From a bacterium (GTDB lineage Bacteria; Arandabacterota; Arandabacteria; Arandabacterales; Arandabacteraceae): DNA of 64,000 nt. Of the stretch, positions 49,652 to 58,451 are shown one piece after another. Numbering within the stretch: position 1 is the stretch's first letter; every line of letters begins with the position of its first letter. A program made the translations under genes and the position numbers. The stretch spans positions 5,234-69,233 of the forward strand of contig JAOZOU010000008.1 in NCBI GenBank assembly GCA_029933125.1. The letters are read 5' to 3'. Under the pieces are notes generated by a model. It saw nothing but the letters and a program-made list of their open reading frames with translations, did no database searches and was not told the origin of the DNA.

Positions 49652-51000
49652 CCACCAAACAGAGAACGATTAGGGAGATAATCTCTTTCGAAGGGGTCGG
49701 TCTGCATAGTGGGCAAAAGGTAACCATGACATTCAAGCCTGCCTGTGCTGATCAAGGCTTGCGCTTCGTCCGCAATGACCTGCCTGGAAGGCCTGAGATA
49801 GGAGTTGACGTTGCAAATGCTCCTGAGACGAGAGAAATCTCAAGGAGGACAGTCCTTAAGGTTGAAGAGGCAACTGTCAGCACAGTCGAGCATGTGCTTG
49901 CTGCCATCGTCGGTCTGGGAATAGATAATCTTGTGATAGAACTCGATGGACCGGAGGTTGCTGAACCCGACGGGTCAAGCGTCCCCTTTGTTGCGCTTCT
50001 CAAGAAGGCAGGTCTCATTGAACAAGATGCACCCAAGCGATATCTTGAGATCAAGTCACCGGTTTCAATCTCCAAGGACGGCATCGAGCTGGTTGCTCTG
50101 CCACATCATGGCTTGCGTATTAGTTTCACGATTGACTTTCCGCACCCCTTGATTGGTACGCAATATGCATCGTTTGAAGTCACTGAAGATGTCTTTGAGA
50201 AACAACTCGCACCAGCCAGAACTTTTTCCCTCGTCAGCGATGTTGAGCTACTCAAGAGTCGTGGTCTTATAAAGGGTGGAAGCCTTAAGAACTCAATCGT
50301 TGTCGGGGACGATGGCATCCTCAACGATGAGCCTTTGAGATTTCCAGACGAATTCGTGCGGCACAAGATCCTCGATCTCTTAGGCGATCTTGCTCTGCTG
50401 GGTGCACCGATTAAGGGACATATTATCGCTGTTAAATCGGGCCACGCCACCAATATACAGCTTGTGAGGAAGCTGCGCGAAACCTTTGATAACGCCCGAA
50501 AGACTTTCTCAGGAAGACACGTGCGCGATGTGCCATCAATGCTTTCAATAGAGGAAATCCAGGAGATAATGCCCCACCGATATCCTTTCCTTCTCGTTGA
50601 TCGCATAGTCGAACTCGAGAAGGGTAAGCGTGTAGTTGGTATAAAGAATGTCACTATCAATGAGCCCTTCTTTGTTGGTCACTTCCCGGGGCATCCCATA
50701 ATGCCGGCTGTCCTTATAATCGAGGCCATGGCTCAGGTTGGGGGAGTGCTTCTCTTGAGCATGGTCGAGAATCCTAAGGAGAAACTTGTCTATTTCATGG
50801 CTATTGATAAGGCAAAATTCCGCAAGCCGGTTTTCCCTGGTGATCAGGTGCGTTTTGAGCTTGAGATGATGAAGCTTATGCTCAATTCCTGCAAGATGAA
50901 GGGACGTGCCTTTGTCGATGAGAAACTTGTTGCCGAAGCCGAACTACTATCTGTTCTGATGGATAGGGAGGACGTTAGGAAAAGAGGACTTTCTAGATGA
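49648..51000 (+). CDS. lpxC/fabZ: Bifunctional UDP-3-O-acyl-GlcNAc deacetylase / 3-hydroxyacyl-ACP dehydratase (LpxC-FabZ fusion)
   Basis: LpxC blocks GVGLHSG, TVEHVLAA, EFVRHKILDLLGDL, SGHA. FabZ blocks PHRYPFLLVDRI and FFVGHFPGHPIMPAVLIIEAMAQ. All in one 450-aa ORF. Confidence 0.9.
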   Translation: MTTKQRTIREIISFEGVGLHSGQKVTMTFKPACADQGLRFVRNDLPGRPEIGVDVANAPETREISRRTVLKVEEATVSTVEHVLAAIVGLGIDNLVIELDGPEVAEPDGSSVPFVALLKKAGLIEQDAPKRYLEIKSPVSISKDGIELVALPHHGLRISFTIDFPHPLIGTQYASFEVTEDVFEKQLAPARTFSLVSDVELLKSRGLIKGGSLKNSIVVGDDGILNDEPLRFPDEFVRHKILDLLGDLALLGAPIKGHIIAVKSGHATNIQLVRKLRETFDNARKTFSGRHVRDVPSMLSIEEIQEIMPHRYPFLLVDRIVELEKGKRVVGIKNVTINEPFFVGHFPGHPIMPAVLIIEAMAQVGGVLLLSMVENPKEKLVYFMAIDKAKFRKPVFPGDQVRFELEMMKLMLNSCKMKGRAFVDEKLVAEAELLSVLMDREDVRKRGLSR

Positions 51001-51809
51001 CAGATGAAGATAAGCAGGCAGCGGATACGAGAGGTGCAACAAAAATCCATCCTGGTGCTTACATCGATCCTCGAGCCCAAATTGGTGAAGGCGTTGTAGT
51101 TGGCCCAAGCACCCTTATTGGTCCCAATGTGACAATCGGAGACGGTACAACTATCGGAGCCAATTGTCTGATCGAGGGCTGGACAACAATAGGCCCAAGA
51201 TGTCGGATATTCCATTGTGTCGTGATAGGAGCTGAACCCCAGGATCTCAAGTATCGGGGCGAGCGTAGTTTCGTCAGGATAGGGGATGGAAATACCATAA
51301 GGGAGTTTGCGACAATCCATCGAGCAACCGGAGAAAACGAGACCACATCTGTCGGCAATGGCAACTACATAATGGCTTATGCCCACATTGCGCACAATTG
51401 CAAGATCGGGAATAACATCATCATCAGCAATGCTGTCAATATGGGAGGACATGTAACCATTGAGGATTATGCTGCCATAAGCGGATTGACAGCAATTCAC
51501 CAATTCGTCCGCATCGGTAGCTACTCTTACACAGGTGGGGGTTCGCGGGTACCAATGGATATCGTTCCCTACATTCGGGTAGCGGGTAATCCCCCTGTGG
51601 TAAACGGACTAAATACCATTGGCCTTCAGCGGCATGGTTTCCCTCAAGAGACCATCCGCATACTCAAGCAGGCTTACAAGATCATCTTCCGGTCAAACCT
51701 CAATGTTTCACAGGCTGTTGAGAAGATAAAGTCTGAGCTTCCCATGATTCCTGAGATTCAACACCTCATTGATTTTATCCAAACTTCTGAAAGAGGAATC
51801 AGGCTTTAG
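50997..51809 (+). CDS. lpxA: Acyl-ACP--UDP-N-acetylglucosamine O-acyltransferase
   Basis: IHPGAYIDPRAQIGEGVVVGP hexapeptide repeats, DLKYRGE, HIAHNC, and a C-terminal helical domain (GLNTIGLQRHGF). Confidence 0.9.
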   Translation: MTDEDKQAADTRGATKIHPGAYIDPRAQIGEGVVVGPSTLIGPNVTIGDGTTIGANCLIEGWTTIGPRCRIFHCVVIGAEPQDLKYRGERSFVRIGDGNTIREFATIHRATGENETTSVGNGNYIMAYAHIAHNCKIGNNIIISNAVNMGGHVTIEDYAAISGLTAIHQFVRIGSYSYTGGGSRVPMDIVPYIRVAGNPPVVNGLNTIGLQRHGFPQETIRILKQAYKIIFRSNLNVSQAVEKIKSELPMIPEIQHLIDFIQTSERGIRL

Positions 51810-51822
51810 CAAAGAGAAACAC

Positions 51823-52797
51823 ATGAAGAAGCTTCGATGTGGAGTTATTGGGGTTGGACATCTTGGTAAACACCATGCTCGCATCTACAGCGAACTACCT
51901 CAGTGCGATCTCATTGGGATTCATGACATCGACAAACAACGGATGCATGACATTGCAAGAGCGTTTCATACCAAAGCCTACGATTCCCCGGATGCACTAG
52001 CAAAGGATGCAGATGCAATCAGTCTAGCTGTCCCAACAAAGTTGCACTATGAACTCGGTAAGCTCGTCTTGCTTCACAATTGTCACCTGCTCATAGAGAA
52101 ACCCATTACCGAGACTGTTGACCAAGCCAGAGAACTGGTGGAGATGGCAAGCCAGCGCAAGCTCATACTCTATGCTGGTCATACGGAACGCTTTGCAGGT
52201 CCAATACGAAGTGTGCGTGAATGGCTATCGCATCCTAAGTACATTGAAGCTCTGCGCCTTGCTGGTTTTGCTTCAAGAGGCACCGATGTCTCAGTCATTC
52301 ATGACCTCATGATCCATGACATCGATCTTGTCTTGAGCATAATGGATTCGCACATCCAGAGTGTCGAAGCTATTGGTGTTCCTGTTTTTACCCGTAAGGT
52401 GGATATAGCAAGTGCACGCCTGAGCTTCAGCGATGGGTCAATAGCCTCCCTAACTGCGAGCAGGGTTTCCATGGAGAGGGTACGCAAGCTCCGATTTTTC
52501 CAGCAGGATGCTTACATATCTATTGATTTCCTCAAGAACGATGCGAAGATATACAGGCGCAGAAAAGCAAAAGCAAATCTCAACTCTCAATCTCCCCTTG
52601 ATATGCTTGACCTCATTGAGACAGTCAAGCCAGAGGTATCCACGCATGAACCCCTCGTGCTTGAGATCACTGACTTCATCAGCAGCGCTTCTGGAGAAAA
52701 AGATCCTGAAGTCCCTGGAGAAGCTGGTCTGAGAGCACTTTCAGTGGTTACAAGGATCGTCGATGATATCCAAAGGCGACTCGCTGGCTGGAGTTAG
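51823..52797 (+). CDS. Gfo/Idh/MocA-family NAD(P)-dependent oxidoreductase
   Basis: Rossmann N-terminus LRCGVIGVGHLGKHHARIY and EKP motif (LLIEKPIT). Located between lpxA and lpxB. Confidence 0.75.
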   Translation: MKKLRCGVIGVGHLGKHHARIYSELPQCDLIGIHDIDKQRMHDIARAFHTKAYDSPDALAKDADAISLAVPTKLHYELGKLVLLHNCHLLIEKPITETVDQARELVEMASQRKLILYAGHTERFAGPIRSVREWLSHPKYIEALRLAGFASRGTDVSVIHDLMIHDIDLVLSIMDSHIQSVEAIGVPVFTRKVDIASARLSFSDGSIASLTASRVSMERVRKLRFFQQDAYISIDFLKNDAKIYRRRKAKANLNSQSPLDMLDLIETVKPEVSTHEPLVLEITDFISSASGEKDPEVPGEAGLRALSVVTRIVDDIQRRLAGWS

Positions 52798-52800
52798 CCC

Positions 52801-53943
52801 ATGGCCAAGCATGTCATGATTATAACAGGAGAGGTATCGGGTGACCTCTATGGGTCTCTCCTGGTTGAGCAGCTCAAAAGCCTTGAACCTTCAATAAGGA
52901 TCACCGGAATTGGCGGTGAGCGCATGCGCCGGACCGGGGTAGAGACCTTTCTTGACAGCAATGACCTGTCCGTAGTTGGAATCTGGGAAGCGATCGTAAG
53001 ATTGCCAAAGCTTCGTAAGGCACTTGAAACTGCGAAGCAGCAAATTGCGACTGAGACCCCAGACCTCCTCGTTCTGATCGACTATCCAGGGTTCAATCTG
53101 AGGCTTGCTGAATTCGCCAAGAAGCGCAGAATCAAGACGATGTACTACGTCTCACCTCAAATATGGGCTTGGGGTCGCAAACGCATAAACCTTGTAAGAC
53201 GCCATGTTGACAAAATGGTTGTGATTCTACCATTCGAGGTCGAGCTCTACCAAAGGGCAGGCGTTGATGTTACCTACGTTGGGCATCCTCTACTGGATAT
53301 TGTGAGAACTAACCTGACGAGAGATGAATTCCTTGATGTGCTTTCACTTCCGCGAGAAACCAGATTGATAGCTCTTCTTCCAGGGAGCAGATTGCATGAG
53401 ATTACACGTCATCTAGATCCACTTCTCAAGTGCGTCCCCCTGATAAGAAAACACCTCAAAAATGTTTCCTTTGTGGTTGCCACACTCCCCAACTTTGAGG
53501 GCTTGGTGAGAAATGAGGTTGCCAGGACTGGTGAAAGCATCCGTGTGCTGACCGACCATCGTTATGAAGCTCTCAAACACAGCGACCTGGCAATCGTTTG
53601 CTCCGGAACGGTTACCCTTGAAGCTGCCCTCCTCGACACCCCTACAATTGTGATATACAAACTCGCTTTGTTCTCATGGGCAGTTGGTAAGATGATCGTC
53701 AAAGTTCCTTACATTTCCCTTACCAATCTTGTGGCTGGCACCAAGGTTGTTCCTGAATATGTCCAGGATGCCGTTAATCCAGATGTCCTTGCCGATGAGG
53801 CGCTAAGGTTTCTTACGGACACAGAGTATCGACAAGGGATGCGCAAGCAGCTTGAGACTGTGAGAGAGCGATTAGGGCCACCGGGTGCTTCTCGAAGAAC
53901 TGCACAGATTGCCCTGAAGATGATATCAGATCATAGTCAATGA
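52801..53943 (+). CDS. lpxB: Lipid-A-disaccharide synthase
   Basis: IITGEVSGDLYGS N-terminus, DYPGFNLRLA, YYVSPQIWAWG, SGTVTLEAAL. Confidence 0.9.
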   Translation: MAKHVMIITGEVSGDLYGSLLVEQLKSLEPSIRITGIGGERMRRTGVETFLDSNDLSVVGIWEAIVRLPKLRKALETAKQQIATETPDLLVLIDYPGFNLRLAEFAKKRRIKTMYYVSPQIWAWGRKRINLVRRHVDKMVVILPFEVELYQRAGVDVTYVGHPLLDIVRTNLTRDEFLDVLSLPRETRLIALLPGSRLHEITRHLDPLLKCVPLIRKHLKNVSFVVATLPNFEGLVRNEVARTGESIRVLTDHRYEALKHSDLAIVCSGTVTLEAALLDTPTIVIYKLALFSWAVGKMIVKVPYISLTNLVAGTKVVPEYVQDAVNPDVLADEALRFLTDTEYRQGMRKQLETVRERLGPPGASRRTAQIALKMISDHSQ

Positions 53944-53963
53944 GTCTTTGAGAGAGTCAAGGT

Positions 53964-55250
53964 ATGGATGATATTGAGCTGTTTCTTTACAAATACCTAC
54001 CATTGCCACTCTACTGGGTGCTACGTGGCTTCTCGAGTCTCCTTCCGGCTAACGCATCCAACCTCCGTCGGAGACTAGCAATTGATATTCCATATGCGCC
54101 ACGTCATGCTACTATTTGGTTGCATGCAGCTTCTGTAGGTGAGATCTCAACCATCGCTCCTCTTGTTGAAGAGGTAAGGCAACGTTTTCCTAATTATCCT
54201 CTTGTTGTGACAACCATGACCACCAATGGCATGAAACGCGCTTTGAGTCTTTTGGAATCAACACAAGTTGGATTACTCCCCCTCGACTTCCTTCCCTCTA
54301 TCCGCAAGACAATCGAGATCCTCAAACCCCGAACTCTCATCATAGGCGAAACAGAGATATGGCCCAATCTAGTCACCCAGACTCACAGCTATGGAGCAAA
54401 GATTGTCCTTGTCAATGGAAGAATTTCCCTCAAATCACTGCGCTGGTACCGGCTTTTCGGAAGGCTGATTCGCAGGGTACTCAGGGATTTTGACTACTTT
54501 CTTATGCGCACCCACGATGATGCAGACCGTATAAAATCCCTTGGTGCACCAGATGAGCGAGTGCAGGTGGCCGGCAATACAAAGTTTGATGTATTGCCAA
54601 AGCCTATACCGGAGGAAGCAAGAAGAGAGCTTAAAGAGAAGTTAGGCATTCCACCGGAACGAGCGGTTTTAACCCTGGGTTCCATTAGAGATGGCGAGAT
54701 GGAAATACTTATTGATGCACTTGCCTCAGCAATTCGATCTTCAAAGGTACTCGTGATTGTTGCGCCTAGGCATCTCAACACCCTACCTGCCATAAGAGCC
54801 GTCATTGATTCACATGGATTCACTTATGGCGAAATAGATTCCACAAGACCCTTCGGAGCCGCCGAAGCATCCTCATTGGACTTCCTTCTGCTAGGACAAA
54901 TGGGAAGACTGCTGGAGATGTATGCCATTGCAGACATAGCAATCGTAGGTGGTACTTTTAGGCCATTTGGTGGTCACAATCCCCTCGAGCCAGCAAGCCA
55001 GGGAACCACCACTATCGTTGGACCATACAATGACAACATAGCTGATGACATACAATATCTCAAGTCATATGACTGTGTCCTTGTCTGTGAGCCGTCCACT
55101 TTAGGCAAGTGCATCATCGATCTTCTCAGGGACAAACCCAAGCGTGAGAAGATTGCCAGCAGTGCGATCGAAGCCATCAGAACAAAAAAGGGCATAGCCT
55201 CAAGATGCGTTGACATTATGCTAGCAAAAGGGCTTCTTCCAGAGCAGTGA
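53964..55250 (+). CDS. waaA: 3-deoxy-D-manno-octulosonic acid (Kdo) transferase
   Basis: WLHAASVGE, ETEIWPNL, and GGH/NPLEPA (GGHNPLEPAS) blocks of the WaaA/KdtA family. Confidence 0.85.
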   Translation: MDDIELFLYKYLPLPLYWVLRGFSSLLPANASNLRRRLAIDIPYAPRHATIWLHAASVGEISTIAPLVEEVRQRFPNYPLVVTTMTTNGMKRALSLLESTQVGLLPLDFLPSIRKTIEILKPRTLIIGETEIWPNLVTQTHSYGAKIVLVNGRISLKSLRWYRLFGRLIRRVLRDFDYFLMRTHDDADRIKSLGAPDERVQVAGNTKFDVLPKPIPEEARRELKEKLGIPPERAVLTLGSIRDGEMEILIDALASAIRSSKVLVIVAPRHLNTLPAIRAVIDSHGFTYGEIDSTRPFGAAEASSLDFLLLGQMGRLLEMYAIADIAIVGGTFRPFGGHNPLEPASQGTTTIVGPYNDNIADDIQYLKSYDCVLVCEPSTLGKCIIDLLRDKPKREKIASSAIEAIRTKKGIASRCVDIMLAKGLLPEQ

Positions 55251-55251
55251 A

Positions 55252-56304
55252 ATGAATATCATCGATTTGCGAAGCCTCAAGCTTCCCGAGGAGACACAAG
55301 TCGGACGCAAGCTCAGGCCTATGCTCGTACCGCTCACGTGGATGTACTGGCTTGGGGTAAGATTGTGGCGTGCTTTTCCAGTGCGATGCAGGGATATTGA
55401 CCTACCAGTCATCAGCATCGGTAGCCTTGCTGTTGGAGGGACGGGCAAGACACCCCTGACGATCCATATCGCCCAGAGACTTGTAGCCAATAGCATAAGG
55501 GTGGCTATTGTGTCACGAGGCTGGAAACGCCAATCGACCAAAGATGTTGTGGCTGTAAGTGACGGAGTTCAAATGCTGGCCAGTGTCTATGAGGCAGGGG
55601 ATGAACCTTATCTTATGGCCATGCGCGTGCCCGGAGCTGCTGTCTATGTCTCAAAAGATCGCTACAAGGCTGCTGTTGCAGCAAAGAGGATCACCAAAGC
55701 CCATATCATTCTGCTTGATGATGGGTTCCAATACCGCCGGCTCAAGAAAGCGTTGGAAATCATCTGCCTCGACGGACGCACCATCCCACCCAATGCAAAG
55801 CTTCTCCCTTTGGGCCCAATGCGTGAACCTTTCTCAATCCTCGAGCCAGAAAACATAGTTGTTGTGATGGAATATGCTGAAGCTAAAGCACTTGAGAAAA
55901 AGCTAGGATGTGAGGTTGTTTGTGCTCAATCCCAGGTGAGCACACTAGTTGATGCAGAGCTCAATCCGATGAGCAAGGAAGCAATTGAGGGGAAGCGACT
56001 CATAGCCATATCTGGAATTGCAAATCCTTCTGGTTTTGAAAGTTCATGTGCGAGATTGGGGCTTTCTCCCGTTGTAAGTTTGCGCTACGATGACCATAAA
56101 TGGTATCATGAAGGTGATGAAGCAAGAATTCTCAAGGTAATGAAGGACGAGAATTGTCAAATGATTGTGACAACTGAAAAGGATATCATCAAGTTACCCG
56201 AGGGTCTCAAGCCCTATGCAGTTGCCCTCCGCAAGGACATTGCTCTAACCGATAGCAGGTTCTGGAGGAGGATTGAAGAAGCGATAGCACGATATGTCAG
56301 CTAA
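55252..56304 (+). CDS. lpxK: Tetraacyldisaccharide 4'-kinase
   Basis: P-loop SIGSLAVGGTGKTP, VSRGW, LDDGFQ, TEKD blocks. Confidence 0.85.
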   Translation: MNIIDLRSLKLPEETQVGRKLRPMLVPLTWMYWLGVRLWRAFPVRCRDIDLPVISIGSLAVGGTGKTPLTIHIAQRLVANSIRVAIVSRGWKRQSTKDVVAVSDGVQMLASVYEAGDEPYLMAMRVPGAAVYVSKDRYKAAVAAKRITKAHIILLDDGFQYRRLKKALEIICLDGRTIPPNAKLLPLGPMREPFSILEPENIVVVMEYAEAKALEKKLGCEVVCAQSQVSTLVDAELNPMSKEAIEGKRLIAISGIANPSGFESSCARLGLSPVVSLRYDDHKWYHEGDEARILKVMKDENCQMIVTTEKDIIKLPEGLKPYAVALRKDIALTDSRFWRRIEEAIARYVS

Positions 56305-57892
56305 GGAATCTGATTTCCTGATAATTGGAAGTGGTATCGCGGGCCTGCTTGTTGCTATTAAACTAGCCAGGTTAGGCAAGGTGAATGTTGTAACCAAGAA
56401 AGAGAAAAGTGAGTCAAGCACAAACTACGCGCAGGGTGGTATTGCTGTACCTGTTGGCGAGAATGATTCACCTCAATTGCACATCCAGGACACTTTGAGA
56501 GCTGGATGCGGTCTGAGTCATCGTGAAGTTGTGGAATTTGTTGTCACACGTGCCAAAGAATGCCTAGATGAGCTCATGAAAATGGGGGCACGCTTCACTC
56601 TCGAGGAGTCAAGGAAGGGTAAGCGCCTGGCCCTTGGGCAAGAGGGAGGCCATTCAGTCAGAAGAATTGTTCATGCTCAGGATACGACTGGCAGACATAT
56701 AGAGGCTGTCTTACTTGAACGGGCTAAGTCACTGGAGACTGTAGAGATACATGAGAACAATGTGGCAGTCGATCTCATTCTTGAATCACGCATACGCCAT
56801 AAACCAATGAAGCCTGATAGATGCTGGGGAGCCTATGTCCTTGAAGGCAAAACGGGAAGGGTGAATGCCTTCGTAGCTAGGGTGACCATACTTGCTACAG
56901 GCGGCGCCGGCAAGGTTTATCTCTACACTTCAAATCCAGACATAGCCACCGGTGACGGTATAGCAATGGCTCATAGAGCTGGGGCAAGATGCGGTAACCT
57001 CGAATTCGTGCAATTTCATCCCACATGTCTTTATCACCCGGAAGCCAAAAGTTTTCTCATATCCGAGGCTGTCAGAGGGGAAGGAGCTGTGCTCAACACC
57101 CTTGATGGAGAACCTTTCATGAAGAGATACCACCCCAATGCTGACTTGGCACCTCGAGATGTCGTTGCAAGGGCAATAGATTCGGAAATGAAGAGGCTGG
57201 GCCACAAACACGTTTTGCTGGATATGCGACCCATCGGCAAGATTCGTGTTAAGCGAAGATTCCCCAACATCTACAAAACCTGCCTTCGATACGGGTATGA
57301 CGTTAGCAAGCAACCTTTACCAGTTGTTCCAGCCGCTCACTATATGTGCGGAGGAGTTGCTGTCGATCTCAAGGCTAGGACAACAATTGACGGATTACTG
57401 GCAGTAGGTGAAGTTGCCTTCACTGGAATGCATGGAGCAAACAGACTCGCTTCCAACTCCTTGCTCGAGGCTCTCGTTTTTGCCGATGTTGCAGCCAAGA
57501 CAGCAAGCAGCATCGCTAAATCTAAGGCGATCTGCCCACCCGAGGTTGAACCCTGGAAGGACGAAGGTACAGCACAGCTGCCTGAGATCGTTCTGCTTGA
57601 CCATGACTGGGATCAGGTCAGATCGCTGATGTGGGACTATGTTGGTATAGTTCGTTCAGATTCGAGGCTCAACATTGCTCGGAGACGCATCCGAATGCTT
57701 AGAGAGCATATCGAGTCATACTATCGAGCTTATAAACTTGTCCCCGACCTCCTAGAGCTCAGGAACATAGCATATGTTGGTGAGCTAATCATAAGATGCG
57801 CCATGATGCGCAGGGAAAGCAGAGGTCTCCATTACAACATCGATTGTCCGCGGACCGATGATCTCAATTGGCGAAGGGACACCCTAATTTGA
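56294..57892 (+). CDS. nadB: L-aspartate oxidase
   Basis: FAD motif DFLIIGSGIAGL, YAQGGIA, HPT..., RGEG, GANRLASNSLLE. Confidence 0.9.
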   Translation: MSAKESDFLIIGSGIAGLLVAIKLARLGKVNVVTKKEKSESSTNYAQGGIAVPVGENDSPQLHIQDTLRAGCGLSHREVVEFVVTRAKECLDELMKMGARFTLEESRKGKRLALGQEGGHSVRRIVHAQDTTGRHIEAVLLERAKSLETVEIHENNVAVDLILESRIRHKPMKPDRCWGAYVLEGKTGRVNAFVARVTILATGGAGKVYLYTSNPDIATGDGIAMAHRAGARCGNLEFVQFHPTCLYHPEAKSFLISEAVRGEGAVLNTLDGEPFMKRYHPNADLAPRDVVARAIDSEMKRLGHKHVLLDMRPIGKIRVKRRFPNIYKTCLRYGYDVSKQPLPVVPAAHYMCGGVAVDLKARTTIDGLLAVGEVAFTGMHGANRLASNSLLEALVFADVAAKTASSIAKSKAICPPEVEPWKDEGTAQLPEIVLLDHDWDQVRSLMWDYVGIVRSDSRLNIARRRIRMLREHIESYYRAYKLVPDLLELRNIAYVGELIIRCAMMRRESRGLHYNIDCPRTDDLNWRRDTLI

Positions 57893-57893
57893 T

Positions 57894-58451
57894 ATGAAGA
57901 TCCTTGTGACTGGTACCCCGGGCATAGGTAAGACCACGGTTGTCGAAAGGGTCGTGGCTCACCTGGGAGATATGGCAGGTGGTTTCATAACACGTGAGAT
58001 AAGGGAACGAGGGTCTCGCACAGGTTTTATGATCGAAACATTGGATGGGCAAAAGGCTGTTCTGGCAACTCTGGAGGGTAAAGCCAAACCAAGGGTTGGC
58101 AGATATCACGTAATCGTATCCAATCTTGAGAACGTTGGTGTCGTTGCTATCGAACATGCCCTGCAGGAAGGTAAGATAATAGTTGTGGATGAGATAGGAA
58201 AGATGGAATTGTTATCTCCCAGGTTTAGGGATACTATTCTTAGGGTGCTGGATCGTGAAGTCTCGCTTTTAGCAACAATAGGTGTAGGTAAGGATCCCTT
58301 GCTAAGGTCGATAAGGAAGCGCAGAGATATCCAACTCATGAAAGTGACTAAGGAGAAGCGTAACGATCTACCCATGAAGATACTCAAGCTGCTTGGTCAC
58401 GGTGGAGGTTGGTCACATGAGAGGGAGAAGTCTGGGAATTGCTTCGATTAG
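57894..58451 (+). CDS. THEP1/NTPCR-type nucleoside-triphosphatase
   Basis: Walker A ILVTGTPGIGKTT, FITREIRERGSRTGF, Walker B VVDEIGKMEL. Confidence 0.7.
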   Translation: MKILVTGTPGIGKTTVVERVVAHLGDMAGGFITREIRERGSRTGFMIETLDGQKAVLATLEGKAKPRVGRYHVIVSNLENVGVVAIEHALQEGKIIVVDEIGKMELLSPRFRDTILRVLDREVSLLATIGVGKDPLLRSIRKRRDIQLMKVTKEKRNDLPMKILKLLGHGGGWSHEREKSGNCFD

